Counted from the first letter of the whole stretch, positions 25,422-39,422 are shown. The stretch is DNA of 63,856 nt, filler included, from Lenisia limosa (GCA_001655205.1; 17 parts of 17 records of this genome joined end to end with filler, not necessarily neighbours in it); one strand, 5' to 3'. The notes: a model not told the origin generated them from the sequence alone. Numbers and translations are program-made.

Positions 25422-27990
25422 ATGCTTTGGAGTCTTTTTGTCTTTGTATCTTGTTTGGTGGTGGCTTCGCTCACCCAGGAGCTTGATCATGGTGAGTGAG
25501 GTATTGTTGTAACTCTGTTAGGTTGTGTTTTTGCAACTCCTTCTGCCTTGAACTACACAGCCAGTAAGTCTCATCAGTAGTAAACAGTCACATTCAAGAT
25601 GTTATTATTTCACCTGAATCAAAGATATCAATTGGAAAACTCCATATAGTTATCCAAGTTGAAAATATCAAAGATATATCGATTACAGAAGTGAAGCTAA
25701 ATCAAATTGTAAGATATTCTTGTGGTAATATTGCAGGACTCTGATAAGTGTTCTGGACTAGGTACCAATGAATCACCCCAGAAACCGTGGACTGTGTCCT
25801 TTGATAAGAAGGAATGTGTTAATACAATTTTAGGGCAAGTCTTGATAGAAGACTTTATGGGTATGTATGAGTCTTTTGCTGCTAATTGTTCCAGATATAT
25901 GTGAACCTGAAACAGATTACACAGATTCTTTGTTCATTGCTACATCATCAGTTGAAGTTTGAAATATTTCATGAAGTCACTTTCTAGATTTCCTTTGAAA
26001 ACACTGTATTGCCAGGAGTTATCAGGTCTATGAAGGCTGCTCTTCAGTTTACAACCGTATTTCCACGATCTGTGCCAATCACTGTAAGAAATAGTAATAT
26101 TTCAATTAACCTATTACCACCACCAATGTGTTGTACGCCTTTCAGACTTGGTTACTGGATATGTTCAGGGTGAAGAGATACAATGTTATTCTACTTCTGG
26201 CGAATGCCAAGCTCATGTAGCCGCGACAGAATGGAGCTATGAAAAAGGAGCCGCCATAATTGAATTCACAACAATTGTTTGTTATTTTGTTGTTGACATC
26301 AACCAGAGTACACATGGAAGCTACTTGTCTGTCAAAAAGATTGGCTCATCTGTCAATGCAACAGCTTTTGTTGCAGATATTAGTTTTCAAGCAGAAGATG
26401 ATAGTACAATTCCTGTTGAGCTCATTTTGTCTGAGTTTGAAGATGGTAAGATGGGATTAGAATTACATTACAATTAAAAATTGCTTTACATTTGTGTGTT
26501 CAATTTGATTATGTGTTTATATTTACAGAACGGCTATGTATACTCTACAGTGGACAAGGAAATTGCTACCAGACATGGAATTTGTTCATTTATCCTGAGA
26601 GAAGCTGTCATTTTCATGGTTTTTTAACACATACTAATTTAGGGAACTATACTATCACCTTTGAGCAAATCTGCCCAGCAGACGACGAAAATCCACACTG
26701 TAAAATTGGCCAAGCAACTGTGACCATTTACGTTGCAACCGAAAATGCACAGTCGGCAAGGTTTTTGTCTTATTTTATTCAGGTGCGACTCACTGAACAT
26801 TGGTGGTGATATCCTTGCAAAAGCGTCGTCCCCCGACCATAGAAGCTTGTTTCAAGTGTGTTTTGACTGATTCTTACCATATAGCCTGATGAAGAGGTTG
26901 TTGTTGAATTGGCATTGTGGTCCAATACCCTCGGACTCACCAACCTGACAGTGTAAGGTCTCTATTCGTCTTATAATGCAGCGGAAACATGCAAATTCGG
27001 AACACCAAAGCTCCGAAAGAGGAAGCAAAAGTTTGTGATATTTTGGTTCACATTTCAGGAAATTCTTCAGCAACAGGCAATAAACAGGGAAATTTCAAAT
27101 AACAACACCTCAGCTGTGGTAAGGGAAATGGTAAATTAATTGCACCAGGTTCAAGATACCATTTTGGTCTCCACACCAAGTGGAAAGAAGGCTGAAATCC
27201 AAGTCAGTACAGTCACGCAAGTCAATGCTCGGAAGATAAAAGTCCTTTTCAAGTTCAAGTGTACAATTGGTGATGCAGAAGATGACTTACTTCCCACCCC
27301 TCCAGACGTTTGTTAAAATTTTGTATTTGATGATACAGGCATCCTTCTTTTTTGATGTCGATATCGAAGTTGTTGTCAAGTTCATTATTCCATCCTTCCA
27401 AAACAATGACATCCGAAACGGTGAGTGCAGTCGTTGAAGTCACGTTCCAGAACGTGGAGAGACAATCGCTTTTGGCGAGATGGTTCATGGGGCAAAGGCA
27501 AGGTTTGCTCAATAGCTTGGGAAAATAATTGCACAGGTTTTCTGCTGTGGTCCCATCACTCATTGGCAAATGCGAGAATGACTATACTAATCCTTGTGAT
27601 ACTGGTTAGTGAACAGGATTGCTTGTTGATGACAGCCCAGACAATGGCGGATGCAATGAAGAGCCTTTCACGACATGTGTTCCCACTGACTGCACAGATG
27701 AGTACATTTGCAAAATCACTGAGGGTTACAAGCCAAGCAAAGGTATGCTTCCAATTTCAGATGGTAGAAACTGACCCACTTAGCAGCCCAGTCAAGTGAT
27801 CAGTCTTCAGGAACCATGGCATATGTGAGTGAAGCATGCAATAACACTTCAGATTGAGACTGGGGCGGTTTTTATTGGAGCAACCGCCTTTACTACAATA
27901 CTGTGCTTCTGTACACGAAAGAAAAAGGGGACAACTCGACTGAATATCGATGTTGATGTGTCGGAAAGGGCTGATGAAAATGTATATTAG
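25422..27990 (+). CDS. Type I membrane protein with beta-rich ectodomain and EGF-like module
   Basis: Signal peptide MLWSLFVFVSCLVVAS; exons join in phase; juxtamembrane C..DNGGCNEEPFTTCVPTDCTDEYICKITEGY; TM GAVFIGATAFTTILCFC followed by RKKK; tail ends ENVY* (TAG 27988-27990). Confidence 0.75.
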
Positions 27991-28039
27991 GAAGAGGATG
28001 ACGTTATGTTTTAAATGGTTGACAAGCTTTGTACCTACC

Positions 28040-28530
28040 CACTTAGATAGCTGAAGTATTTGAATATTTTAACAAATATATATCACTAATAACTTTACAA
28101 CAATTCTTTGATACCATTGAGACAGCATGATAGACTGAAGATAGAAAACCGGAAAATGGTTCATCTGATTGAAATATAAGCTGACCGGGAAGGGGAAGGG
28201 AGTGGCCGGTCAATTTCGCAATCACTCCATATATTATTGCTTGAATCACAATATTAGACACAGAATAGGCTGGAGGATGGCCCCAAAGAAGGCTAACTAG
28301 ATAAAAATGGCTCGGTCTTCACCTCTTATGATTATGCCAACAAAACCCTCACTCTTTATCTCACACCCAAATAAACAAAAAAAAAAATACAAAAAGGTAG
28401 TAAAAATAAAAGTGAGAACAGAACAGTCAGTTGACAGCATGCCACTTTTCAAGTCGTGGGATGATGCGATCTATAGGTGCCAGGAAGTTCTCATCTTCTC
28501 CAAGGGACTTTCTGATGCGCATATCAACTC
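28040..28530 (-). CDS. Possible small minus-strand gene
   Basis: Open segments DMRIRKSLGEDENFLAPIDRIIPRLEK and LWGHPPAYSVSNIVIQAIIYGVIAKLTGHSLPLPGQLIFQSDEPFSGFLSSVYHAVSM ending at a GTATC donor; start and stop not resolved. Confidence 0.3.
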
Positions 28531-28787
28531 TTGTGTAAGTTGCTTATGTTTAGAAGCATTCCCTCCCTACCTTCATTCGGTTATTCTTCTTCTTTGAAAT
28601 CTGAAAGTTTTTTTCACTATAAACTCAGTCTTGCTGAGATTTTTCACGTTGCTTTTCTCTTCTCTTCTTTTTCTTTATACAGACAGTTTTCCCATCCTCC
28701 TAATAGTTAACCGAATCCATTTTTTTTTCTTACCAAAGAAGTATGGGTTTCAGCATATCACTCACCTCTCTTTTCTAGGCTGTCATC

Positions 28788-31429
28788 ATGACTGCGGAAA
28801 CGTTGGAGTCAATATCCGACGAAAGAGCGATGACTGGTATCTGTGGCTGGCCAGCTTGTGATGCTGCTTTGGCTAATGTTAGGGGGTCTTATTCGTGTCA
28901 TCATTACTTCAGTGTCTGTGGGGATGCTCTTCGTCTTCTGCTTCTCTTATCCTTGGGTGCTTTTGTCTGTGTTTGCACATGAGCCTTTGCCACGAATATA
29001 GGGGAATTGTGAACTTAGAGTGTTGATAACTTTAGAATGGAAAAAAGAAGCCATCATGTTTCTGTGGCTCAGCATGTGTTGACAAAGTCAAGCAGTTCAG
29101 AAGCAGGCTACAATCAGTTGCAGGGATAAAACTCCACATGTCTCCCCCGGTATTATCCAATAACAATTTCAGGCAGATGTACAGTCTCGAGGCATGCCTC
29201 TTGGTGACGTAGCTCAACTGTGGGTAGTGAATGATGCCTTGACAGCTTTTGGCCAAGTACCTGAGTTTCATATCTGACCAAGTTCTATGATGGGTATGAA
29301 GAGCTGACCTCCCTTGCAGGCCTGTATTTGCCCCCGATTTTGCTACTGCCCCCTCGCAACCTAAGACTGTCATCCCACAGCATGGTCTTGCGTCCATCCA
29401 GAAAACTATCACGAGTGGGTATGACACTTTTTTATCTTTGCTGTTCTCTTCAGCCTAGCATAAGTATGATCCAACTCTACAGCCAAGCCCATTGTTGTTC
29501 GCAAAAGAGACAGATCAGATCGGAAGCCGAAGCCAAAAGTCAAGCCCGTCCAGGCACCGATACCCCCTCAGGAAGTAGCGAAGCCGACACCATCCCCGGT
29601 CCGGCCTGCTGTCAGTCCATCGCCGGTTGTCAAGACAGTTCAAAAGAGCCCTGTTCGCACCCAGAAGAAGGAGAAGCTTGATGACAACAAGGCCAAGTTC
29701 ATTTCTTTTGTCAACGACGTACCTGATGCGGTGCTACCCGAGGTATGGCTCGAAATACAGGGGGGGCATGATAGAATTTATTAACACCCTGACCACACAC
29801 ACAGGTTGTGGTAAATATATTACGTCCACTTCGCTGCAAATAATTTCGCCATCCCCACAGATCGAGGAGATTGGTCAAGATAGACTCATGAAGCTGGACA
29901 ACAAGGTGTTGAACCAAATGATTGACACTTTCGACAAAATGGAGGTCCAACACAAGGAAGTGCGCTGTTGCGGACTGTTAAATTTCTCTTCAGAAGTGTT
30001 TTGGATTAACCTCCATCTAGAAAACGCATGTTATGAAAACATTGCCATTGGAAGAAGCCTTGAAGATCCCTAGCAAGGTGATTCTGGGGTTTTTTAAAGG
30101 GGGAAAAGCAGATACCACTTTCTCTTTAACAATATCGATATTTATTGTTGCTCGAAGCAACATTGGTTGATGTAACCAATCATCTCACTTTACAGTCCGA
30201 CCAACCAATCACCAACATGGAGGAGACCCACAATATCCGTAACGAAGACTCCTCGTCCTCCTCTGACGATGACGACGATTACGTCCCAACAAGTATGCAT
30301 ATGATATAGTCATTTTATGATATAGTATATACTTTTTGAGATGCCCTACAAATCATAAGGCTGAACGTAACAAAAAAGATAGCGGTCTTCTCTCTAACGA
30401 TCCGATATCCTTCCGATCGCCGAAGTCAGGAGTCACCGTCACAATGTCACGTGAGTGGACTGTTTTTGATGTCAATCGCGCCAAGTAAAAGATATTGAAC
30501 ATTGTGTATGTGTTGTTCCTCAGCTCCCCACTCCTCATCAGTGTAGCGTTTGGCATGCTGCATTCCTTGTTGGACGCTTGGGGGGGCGAGCATGTTAGGT
30601 GCGTGGCAGGACTGAAAAATGAATCAAAGTTCTGTTATGAAGTCTCACACTGCAGGACGGCCTTAGCACAACCACCTGTAAAGCGACAGGAACATGCAGA
30701 GAAGGTCGAGGAGAAGGTCAAGATTGCTGAAGAAGAAAGTATGCAGAGGGACCGATTTGGTAAAAATGTTTTGTTTTGATTGACATAGGTGATAAACGAA
30801 AACGAGTATTGCCCGAAACGGACAAACACTCCGACTCAGCACACAAAGCCATCGTGCATAAGTTTTTAGACCAAGGGTCTGGGAGGTACAAACAACGTAT
30901 CGAAGGTTGAGTCCTCACTGTGTAGGTTTGTCCATTTAGCGAGTCAATTCAATATGCCACTCATCGAATTGTTCGCTGCAGTGTCGCCAGCAGTCAAGTC
31001 GTTCCCTTCCGTGTCAAGTGTAGGCGTGAAACAGGTCTCATGTACTGATGCTAGCATTTTCTTCCAACTCACCCTTCAGGTTCCTAGCTTATCACCGAAA
31101 GGATGGCAAGCGGTTGCCCTAATTATTGCTTCGTCGTGGGGTACAGTTTATGAAAATAGCAATGAGACAACTCGTGAATAATGATTCTAGTGCTGCATTT
31201 ATGAAGAGACTCAGCGTGCCCCCAAGCCAAATCAAGAAGGCTGCAATCAACTGCGGTAAGGGGACTTCTCTAGGTGTTACTGGGTGATTTCTGTGTGGTT
31301 TTTTTTTTTTTATGTCTGCCACTTGGTAGATAGATAGTCATATTTGATGTTACAGAGCTTTCTCTCGCTCAAGTCACCGCTCTCATGGAAGTTCTTCTGG
31401 GCCTGTCATATGGCCCCCCTCAAAGCTAG
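28788..31429 (+). CDS. Unknown multi-exon protein with Pro-rich linker (possible N-terminal CH-like segment)
   Basis: MTAETLESISDERAM..., GMPLVSYLTKFYDGP, KPKVKPVQAPIPPQEVAKPTPSPVRP, IEEIGQDRLMKLDNKVLNQMIDTFDKMEVQHKE, ending LLGLSYGPPQS* (TAG). The CH call is weak. Confidence 0.55.
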
Positions 31430-31631
31430 GAATGCATTGTATAGACTGTACTATTAGAGTGAATGTGTTGTTTGGCTCTTCTCTTGGATGCTAATACTGG
31501 TCACTAACATCGGCGAGTTTGGGGCTTGTACAATGGGATCTGTGAGGTACTTTCAATATTCCGGAAGAACAGGTTTGATAAGAAGAAACTGAATAATACC
31601 TGTTTAAAGAAAACACATGATTAAATAACAT

Positions 31632-32674
31632 TTAGAGTTGCCAGCTCTGCTTGGGCTTGTCGGAGTTCTTGGTGTAAGAAGACTGGCTCACCATTGAGGA
31701 GGGGCGAGAGGTGCGTTGGTATGTCGGGCGAGCGGAACTGCTAGCCTGGGAGGTCAGAATTAGAAACCAAGGTTCAGTGCTGAAGTGCTCCTTCAGACAT
31801 ACCGGAGAAATTGGGGTCGAAGAGGGGGCTTTAGAAACAGGTTTTTTCGAGTCCTAAATGGTCAAGATCAATTGTTTCATTTTTTCTGACAAACGTGAAG
31901 CTTTCTTACCCCCCACTATTTTGACACCATGAGGGAGATGAGTCCTGTCAGTGATGAACGTTCTCATGTCTCCCTTTCCCTTGGCCTGCACCAAGCGGGG
32001 CTCGTACGTGAACCTGGAAGGTGAGCAAGGCATCGAATCTGATAGTGTTCTCCTTGGAGAGAGGGCCTACTCTGAATGGCTACTCAGAAGGAGGTGTGTG
32101 GAGTTTGAGATCTGCAGAGCACCAGGCACTCCAGTGGATTCACACCTGCGTTAATCAGATGTTTCCTTGTAGTAGAGGCTTCAATAATTGAAACATTATT
32201 CCCCTCAACCTGGAAGCAACATTGACCGCATCTCCAAAGAGGAGGAATCTCGGACGGATGTTACCGACAACAGATGACGTCTAAAAACTCAGAAGATCAA
32301 CTCACACGACACATNNNNNNNNNNNNNNNNNNNNNNNNNNNNNNNNNNNNNNNNNNNNNNNNNNNNNNNNNNNNNNNNNNNNNNNNNNNNNNNNNNNNNN
32401 NNNNNNNNNNNNNNNNNNNNNNNNNNNNNNNNNNNNNNNNNNNNNNNNNNNNNCGGCGATGAAAGGTCATTTTCGTTGAACCTGTAGAGGTGATGCACAA
32501 GGTCTAAAGGTTTCAAAGCGAAGTAGAGCCGTACTAAACACGGAGAAGCTCATGCCGTCAGTCCCCACCTCAGCTTGCTGCTCTGCTCAATCATGTCCAA
32601 TGCGCAGTGTACGGCCCGGGCGGCGTAATCCTCAAGCGGCTCGGGCAGGTTGGCAACACACATATACTGGTCTC
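31632..32674 (-). CDS. Class III adenylyl/guanylyl cyclase, C-terminal catalytic part
   Basis: [76 protein letters not shown]. The GNIRPRF(L) motif is closer to guanylyl-type specificity; 5' truncated. Confidence 0.92.
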
Positions 32675-32791
32675 CTGGGGGGGGGGGGGGGNNNNNNNNN
32701 NNNNNNNNNNNNNNNNNNNNNNNNNNNNNNNNNNNTTAATTAATTAANNNNNNNNNNNNNNNNNNNNNNNNNNNNNNNNNNNNNNNNNNNN

Positions 32792-33270
32792 CTTCAATGA
32801 TTCTCCGTATACTCTACTTGAATGGCCGGCTCAAAGTCCCGACCTCAACCCTATTGAGCATGCATGGCAACTGCTTGATAACAAACTCCGTGCCTCTAAT
32901 GTTAAACCGACCTCTGAATCCGAGATGATGGAAAAAATGCAAACTGCTTGGTCTGAAATTACCTCAGATGAGATAAGAAACATCATTGACTCAATGCCGA
33001 GACGCCGCGAGGCTGTCATCAACGCTAAGGGCGGGCCAACTAAATACTAGCAATTTCGTCGTTTTGATGCACTATTTTTTCATGTTTTTCAAGATGTTGT
33101 TTTTTTTATTTCGCTCAAAATATGTCCCAAATCATTAATTGTAATTAAGTTCTAAAATAGAATAAAATATATTTCAAATCCCTACAAAATGACATATTTA
33201 TTCGAAAAAATGACCTACTTTAGGAAAAGTGTGACGAAAAACTTTTTGCCATTACTTATGTAGTGCACTG
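32792..33270 (+). mobile_element. Tc1-like DD34E transposon, 3' end (transposase C-terminus plus TIR)
   Basis: LEWPAQSPDLNPIEHAW...IIDSMPRRREAVINAKGGPTKY* (TAG 33048-33050); the element ends ...GTAGTGCACTG followed by TA at 33271-33272. Confidence 0.93.
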
Positions 33271-33378
33271 TAGTATCATATCATATATAATATGTCATAC
33301 ACTAAATAGTGGTCAAGAAAAGTCTTGACCGACTTCCAAACGGTCAATCTATAGAATATCGGTCTTGACTTATCCCAG

Positions 33379-34161
33379 CTGCAAATGCCTATGGAGTGGC
33401 CACAACTATTGATTCCGTCATCGCAAAGGTCCTTCATGCTGCAAGACTGGGGCGAGATCTACAATATACTGAAGGTTCGTAAAAACTACTATTATTGTTA
33501 TCAGTTGATTTCCCCCCTTTGTGATTCCAACTATTATTATGTGTATTATAACTCGTCAGGAATCGAACGCCTTGGAACAAAATTTGAAACCTACTACCTC
33601 AAGCAAGCTGAAACTCTTCTTGGAAACACGTTCAAAAAGCTCAAAAAAGATTTGCTCCAGGTCAGTGATGGGTGATTACTATTATTATTACTTTTGTACA
33701 ATTGGGGATATATGATAGCTGTTTACAGCATTGATAGGTAAAATACAGGGTGATAAATACTTTACAATTTTCAGTAACTATTATTATAGCGGTCAGATAC
33801 TGTTGTGGTTTCTTTTTCTGATTTCTACATATTTTTCATTGATACTAACAAAACAGGACCTGAAAGAAGAATGCCAGAAGAAGATGGATCAACACATGAA
33901 ACATGCAATTGACATTCTCAGATCCTCAGTTCCTGACGTTTCTTTCCCTTCAAAAGTATGTTCTCTTTTTTTGGATGATATTAGTACATATCAGATATAT
34001 CATATATAAATATCTATATCTCCTATATTATATACAATTATTCTATACACAAAGAGTTCTAACTGGGCAGGATGGATTCTTTGGAGATGAGACCGCGTTC
34101 AGTCCCGCCTACTTCGCTGGCATAAAAGGTGACATCATGGCAACAGCTCTCTCCATGTCCC
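33379..34161 (+). CDS. Fragment of unknown protein
   Basis: Exons ANAYGVATTIDSVIAKVLHAARLGRDLQYTE / GIERLGTKFETYYLKQAETLLGNTFKKLKKDLLQ / DLKEECQKKMDQHMKHAIDILRSSVPDVSFPSK in phase. Confidence 0.6.
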
Positions 34162-34369
34162 NNNNNNNNNNNNNNNNNNNNNNNNNNNNNNNNNNNNNNN
34201 NNNNNTTAATTAATTAANNNNNNNNNNNNNNNNNNNNNNNNNNNNNNNNNNNNNNNNNNNNAAAGGTCATGTTAAACTGGGTTGGAGGGATGCTAAGATG
34301 TTAAGCTGGGTTGGTGATGGTCTCTATCCAGATACCTTCAATTGCTGAAGAACTTCTTTTACCTTTCAG

Positions 34370-35514
<1,145 letters not shown>

Positions 35515-36572
35515 TTGGTAGAACTCTAAATTCTGTTAACCGATTTATATTTTGAAGAAATTTTACTTTGCATTCTTGATGATTTCGTTGTGTGTAGAAA
35601 TGAGAAAATAAAAACAGGGTACTAACTGTACGTAGTTATTCAAACCATCACACATATTAAGGATATGATATGATATATGTAATATGTGTGATTATTTTCC
35701 AAAATTTATTCAACCTAATAGTTGTTTTAGATGTTCAAGAAATCTGTATTTTAACAGTGCACATATTGTTGCCAAATTCACCTACATTTATCGAAAATCA
35801 ATATGAAAGATGCTGGTAAAGTCTCAATATTAATCGAGATTTTTTCTTTAATTGAGCCTACTGTTGGTCAAGGCTAACCCAGGTCTTTATATGTGTAATT
35901 GCATGGTGTATTCAAATATTCTTTTGTATTTTTCAGGCCCGAGTGCGAGCTGATGTCCGTCACCTTTTTTATAATGAAGACAAGGCTATGATTTGATCCT
36001 CTGGAAAGCATCTCACCCCCTTCGCTACCTTTATGCCACCATTTTTATCGGGACTTTCTTTGCCGGATCTTTATCCAGTTCAATAGAGTGCTATTATTGG
36101 TGTGGGTGTGTGTGTCGGCCTGGGCTTTGTTTGTTGTTGTTATCAACCCTTGGGTGTTGTCAGTCATTAGAGTTGATTTGGGTTTTATTTTGTTTCATAA
36201 ATTTCCCAATGTTACTCCCCCATCCCCCCAGTCAGAGTTGATTTGGGCTTTTTTTGTTCCATCAAGTTTTCCCCCTACTTAATCGGAATTAGTTCTGTTT
36301 CCCTTTGTTTTATTTTATATACACGTATACATTTATATTACGCTAGTTCTCAAATAATTACCTGGAGTGATGGGCGGTGCTGCAGAAGTGACTGGCCTGG
36401 GCGTTGTTTGTTGAGTTGTTATCAACCTTCGTGTGTTNNNNNNNNNNNNNNNNNNNNNNNNNNNNNNNNNNNNNNNNNNNNTTAATTAATTAANNNNNNN
36501 NNNNNNNNNNNNNNNNNNNNNNNNNNNNNNNNNNNNNTATAGAAGTCTTCAGAATAAACACTTCCATCAAGC

Positions 36573-36735
36573 ACCCCTGGCATATCAATGTATGTTGCAC
36601 CCTGGCATATCAATGTATGTTGCACCCCTGGCATATCAATGTATTGCACCCCTGGCATATCAATTTACGTTGCACCCCTGGTATATCAATTTACGTTGCA
36701 ATCAATGTACGTTGTACCCAATGTACGTTGCTATC
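36573..36735. repeat. ~26-bp minisatellite GCACCCCTGGCATATCAATGTATGTT, ~5 copies decaying 3'
   Basis: Head-to-tail units with no spacers. Confidence 0.9.
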
Positions 36736-36929
36736 TCTACTTCCTTTGTAAAAACATCCAATCAAGCCTCTTTTTGTTTATTAAACAATACCTCACCTCT
36801 TGAGCAATAACGTCTCCCTCACCCAGTTTGCAATAACGAGAATTCATGATCATAACGTCTCCCTCCTATCTACGTACTCCCGAGGGCTCCTTTGTTCCAT
36901 GTTTTCCCTTACCCCCACCCCTTGCTCAG

Positions 36930-39422
36930 CTCTCCAACGAGCAGGCTGTGGACCAAGGAGGGCCTTTTAAGGACCTTGTCTCCTCCGTGGCTGACGAGGC
37001 CATGTTATCGCAATGTACGGGGGCTAGTTATCGCAATGTATTGTGGTTCTTTTTTTGAATATTTCATATTTGCCTCAACCCCCCCCCCTCTACACTGACG
37101 TTATTCAGTTTCATTTTGATTCATTTCAAGCCTGCATATTAACCAGTGCAGCAATGTTCCTGTCCACCTCCAACACCAGGGAGGCTCAAGGTGGTCATCA
37201 AGGCGCGGTCATGCCTAATGTATGCAGGCGGCAATGATAAGAGCCGTCAATAACCCGGTTTACTGCTCACCACTCACTTCAATATCATTATTAGCTCAAT
37301 ATTACCAATTCATAACCACTCAGCCTTTTATGGTTGACGCTGCGTCTTTGAAGTTCTTCACCTTCTTCGGTGCGATATTAGGTTCGAGGCTGCTGCCATC
37401 TTTTCTCAACTGAATTCCCTTTTGAAACAGTAGCAGGCATAGTGAAGCAACCTTAACAGAAACTCTCTAATAGGAGAAGACTTATCCCCATTGCACAAAA
37501 GGTCTCATTTTGCCCTCCTAATATATTTTCCCTGTGATTATTCTCACCTCCCCCCTCCCCAGGAATGGCTATCCGAGCCAATATTGCAGTTCCGCTGTAT
37601 CTTCCCCCTTGCTTCTGGGAGGCCATCTCACCAACATACAAAGCCAACCATCACGGCCTTCTTCTCCCCTTCGAAATGACTGAGAACGTCGTCCATGCCG
37701 ACCATCAGCCCACCCTCAGTGAGTGGACTCCAGGCAAAACTGAATTTGAGCTTGCTTCTTCTTTTCATTCCTCCCTTTCCGTCTCTTCAGCGTATATGAG
37801 AAACATACAGTATTATATAATATGATACATATCGCTATATGTCGTTCAGATATCAGTAAGAGACTGCCAAAAAAACTCTTCTCCTTTCCTTTCTACTTTG
37901 AAATTATTACCATATCATCGATTATATTTTCCCCGTTGCCCTTACCACTTAGCCAAATCCCCTCCCCTCCCCGCAGTCCTCGCAACTATCTCAGAGTTTG
38001 ATGCTACCCACGCTCAAGTATGATTGGATTGAAAATAAGGAAGGGGGGTGGGTCATTTTATGAGGTTATACATATATTTGGTCGGTTCTATCACGTTTCA
38101 TCACACTGGTCTTAACCCTAATTCACATTCAATGAGCTTTATGGCCAACCTTTACCGCCAAGCTCCTTGAATCCATCTACAACAGCACGGAGACGGAGTG
38201 GGAAGCCCAGGGATATGGCGACGTTCTCACCTGGAGCGTCAACGTCTCCGATTCAATGACTGTTTTCATGAAGGCTGGGTATGCTCTGGTGTTTAGAGTG
38301 CCTGTTATGAACAAAGATAAAACCTATTCTTGGGATTTGTTTTAATGATGGGAAGTTCACATTGATGTCTTGGTGATAGGATAATAATTTCCCACCAGTG
38401 CGCCGTCCGTCACTTTTAACGAGCGAAACTCCTATGTACTCACAGCCTGTCGCACTCTGCTTTCCCTTTACGGACCCATGAGTATGTTTTCTTTGGCACT
38501 CAACTTTTGTGCGTTTATTTTGTCCATATTTCCTCACTAAACATTTCCCATTTCACCCCGTCAGTCGTGGCAATGCGTCGAGGGTTGGAAGCCAGTCTAG
38601 GCGAGTCTGCCACTCTGTTCCTGCCTCCAGCTTTCCTGGAACGCACCATATGCGGACTACCGGATGTGCCTGTCGAGGTGGGTATGGGGCAATATCGACG
38701 TGTTTAGTGGGTGCGGTCTTAATTGGCATTTTCCAGCCTTGTTCATCTCGTCCAGGTTATGAAGCACTTCACCAATACTGCCTCTTTGCCGCCTGAAATG
38801 GCTACCTGGTTCTGGAGCGTGAGTGATGATAAAATGAAGCTCAAACAACTTGGAGGATTGATTTCATGACATTTACTCCTCAGATTCTCGAGGACTTTAC
38901 GCCCGTGATGCGCTGTAAGTTCCTTCGGTTCACTCGGGGTGTGTCGCGTCTGCCTGCTAAGTGGGGGGCTTCTGGTGATTGCAGCCATGTGTTTCAGATA
39001 AGCATTAAATGCTAACCCTCATTGACTGTTTAGGATCTCCTCATTGGGCACACTGAAAGTCAATGCTGCGAGTGACGGTGATGGGCTGCCTACGTCCTCC
39101 ACCTGCTACTTCTCCATCTCACTCCCGACAGTCACCTCCAAGGAAATACTCAGAGCTAAGGTAATAATACGGACCCCTAGATTCCTCGATAAATTCTCGA
39201 AAAGTATTCAGATTTTCCCTACATCCATTTTCACATTTCTAATATTTTGCCAATACTGGAGCACAAATTTAATATCCTCGTTTTCTTTGAGAGCTTATCA
39301 AAACTGAATACTTGTTTCATATACATTTTGCTTTTCACTTCTCCAGTTTTACCCTCCTCACTTATTTAACACTGTAGTTGACAACTGCGTTGGAGTTCTG
39401 TGGCTCTATTGATGGTGATTAA
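36930..39422 (+). CDS. HECT E3 ubiquitin ligase, C-terminal domain
   Basis: EQAVDQGGPFKD, FFTFFGAILGMAIR, VTFNERNSYV, LERTICG, WFWSILEDF, FLRFTRGVSRLP, LPTSSTCYFSISLP (catalytic Cys), LTTALEFCGSIDGD* (HERC-like end). Confidence 0.92.

Noticed and set aside
25490-29280. Apparent in-frame TGAs at ~25497, ~27772 and ~29256
   Set aside because: Each falls inside a plausible short GT-AG intron whose removal restores an open, sensible frame.
36573-36735. CRISPR-like array
   Set aside because: Units are head to tail with no unique spacers, no cas genes, and the context is eukaryotic; it is a minisatellite.
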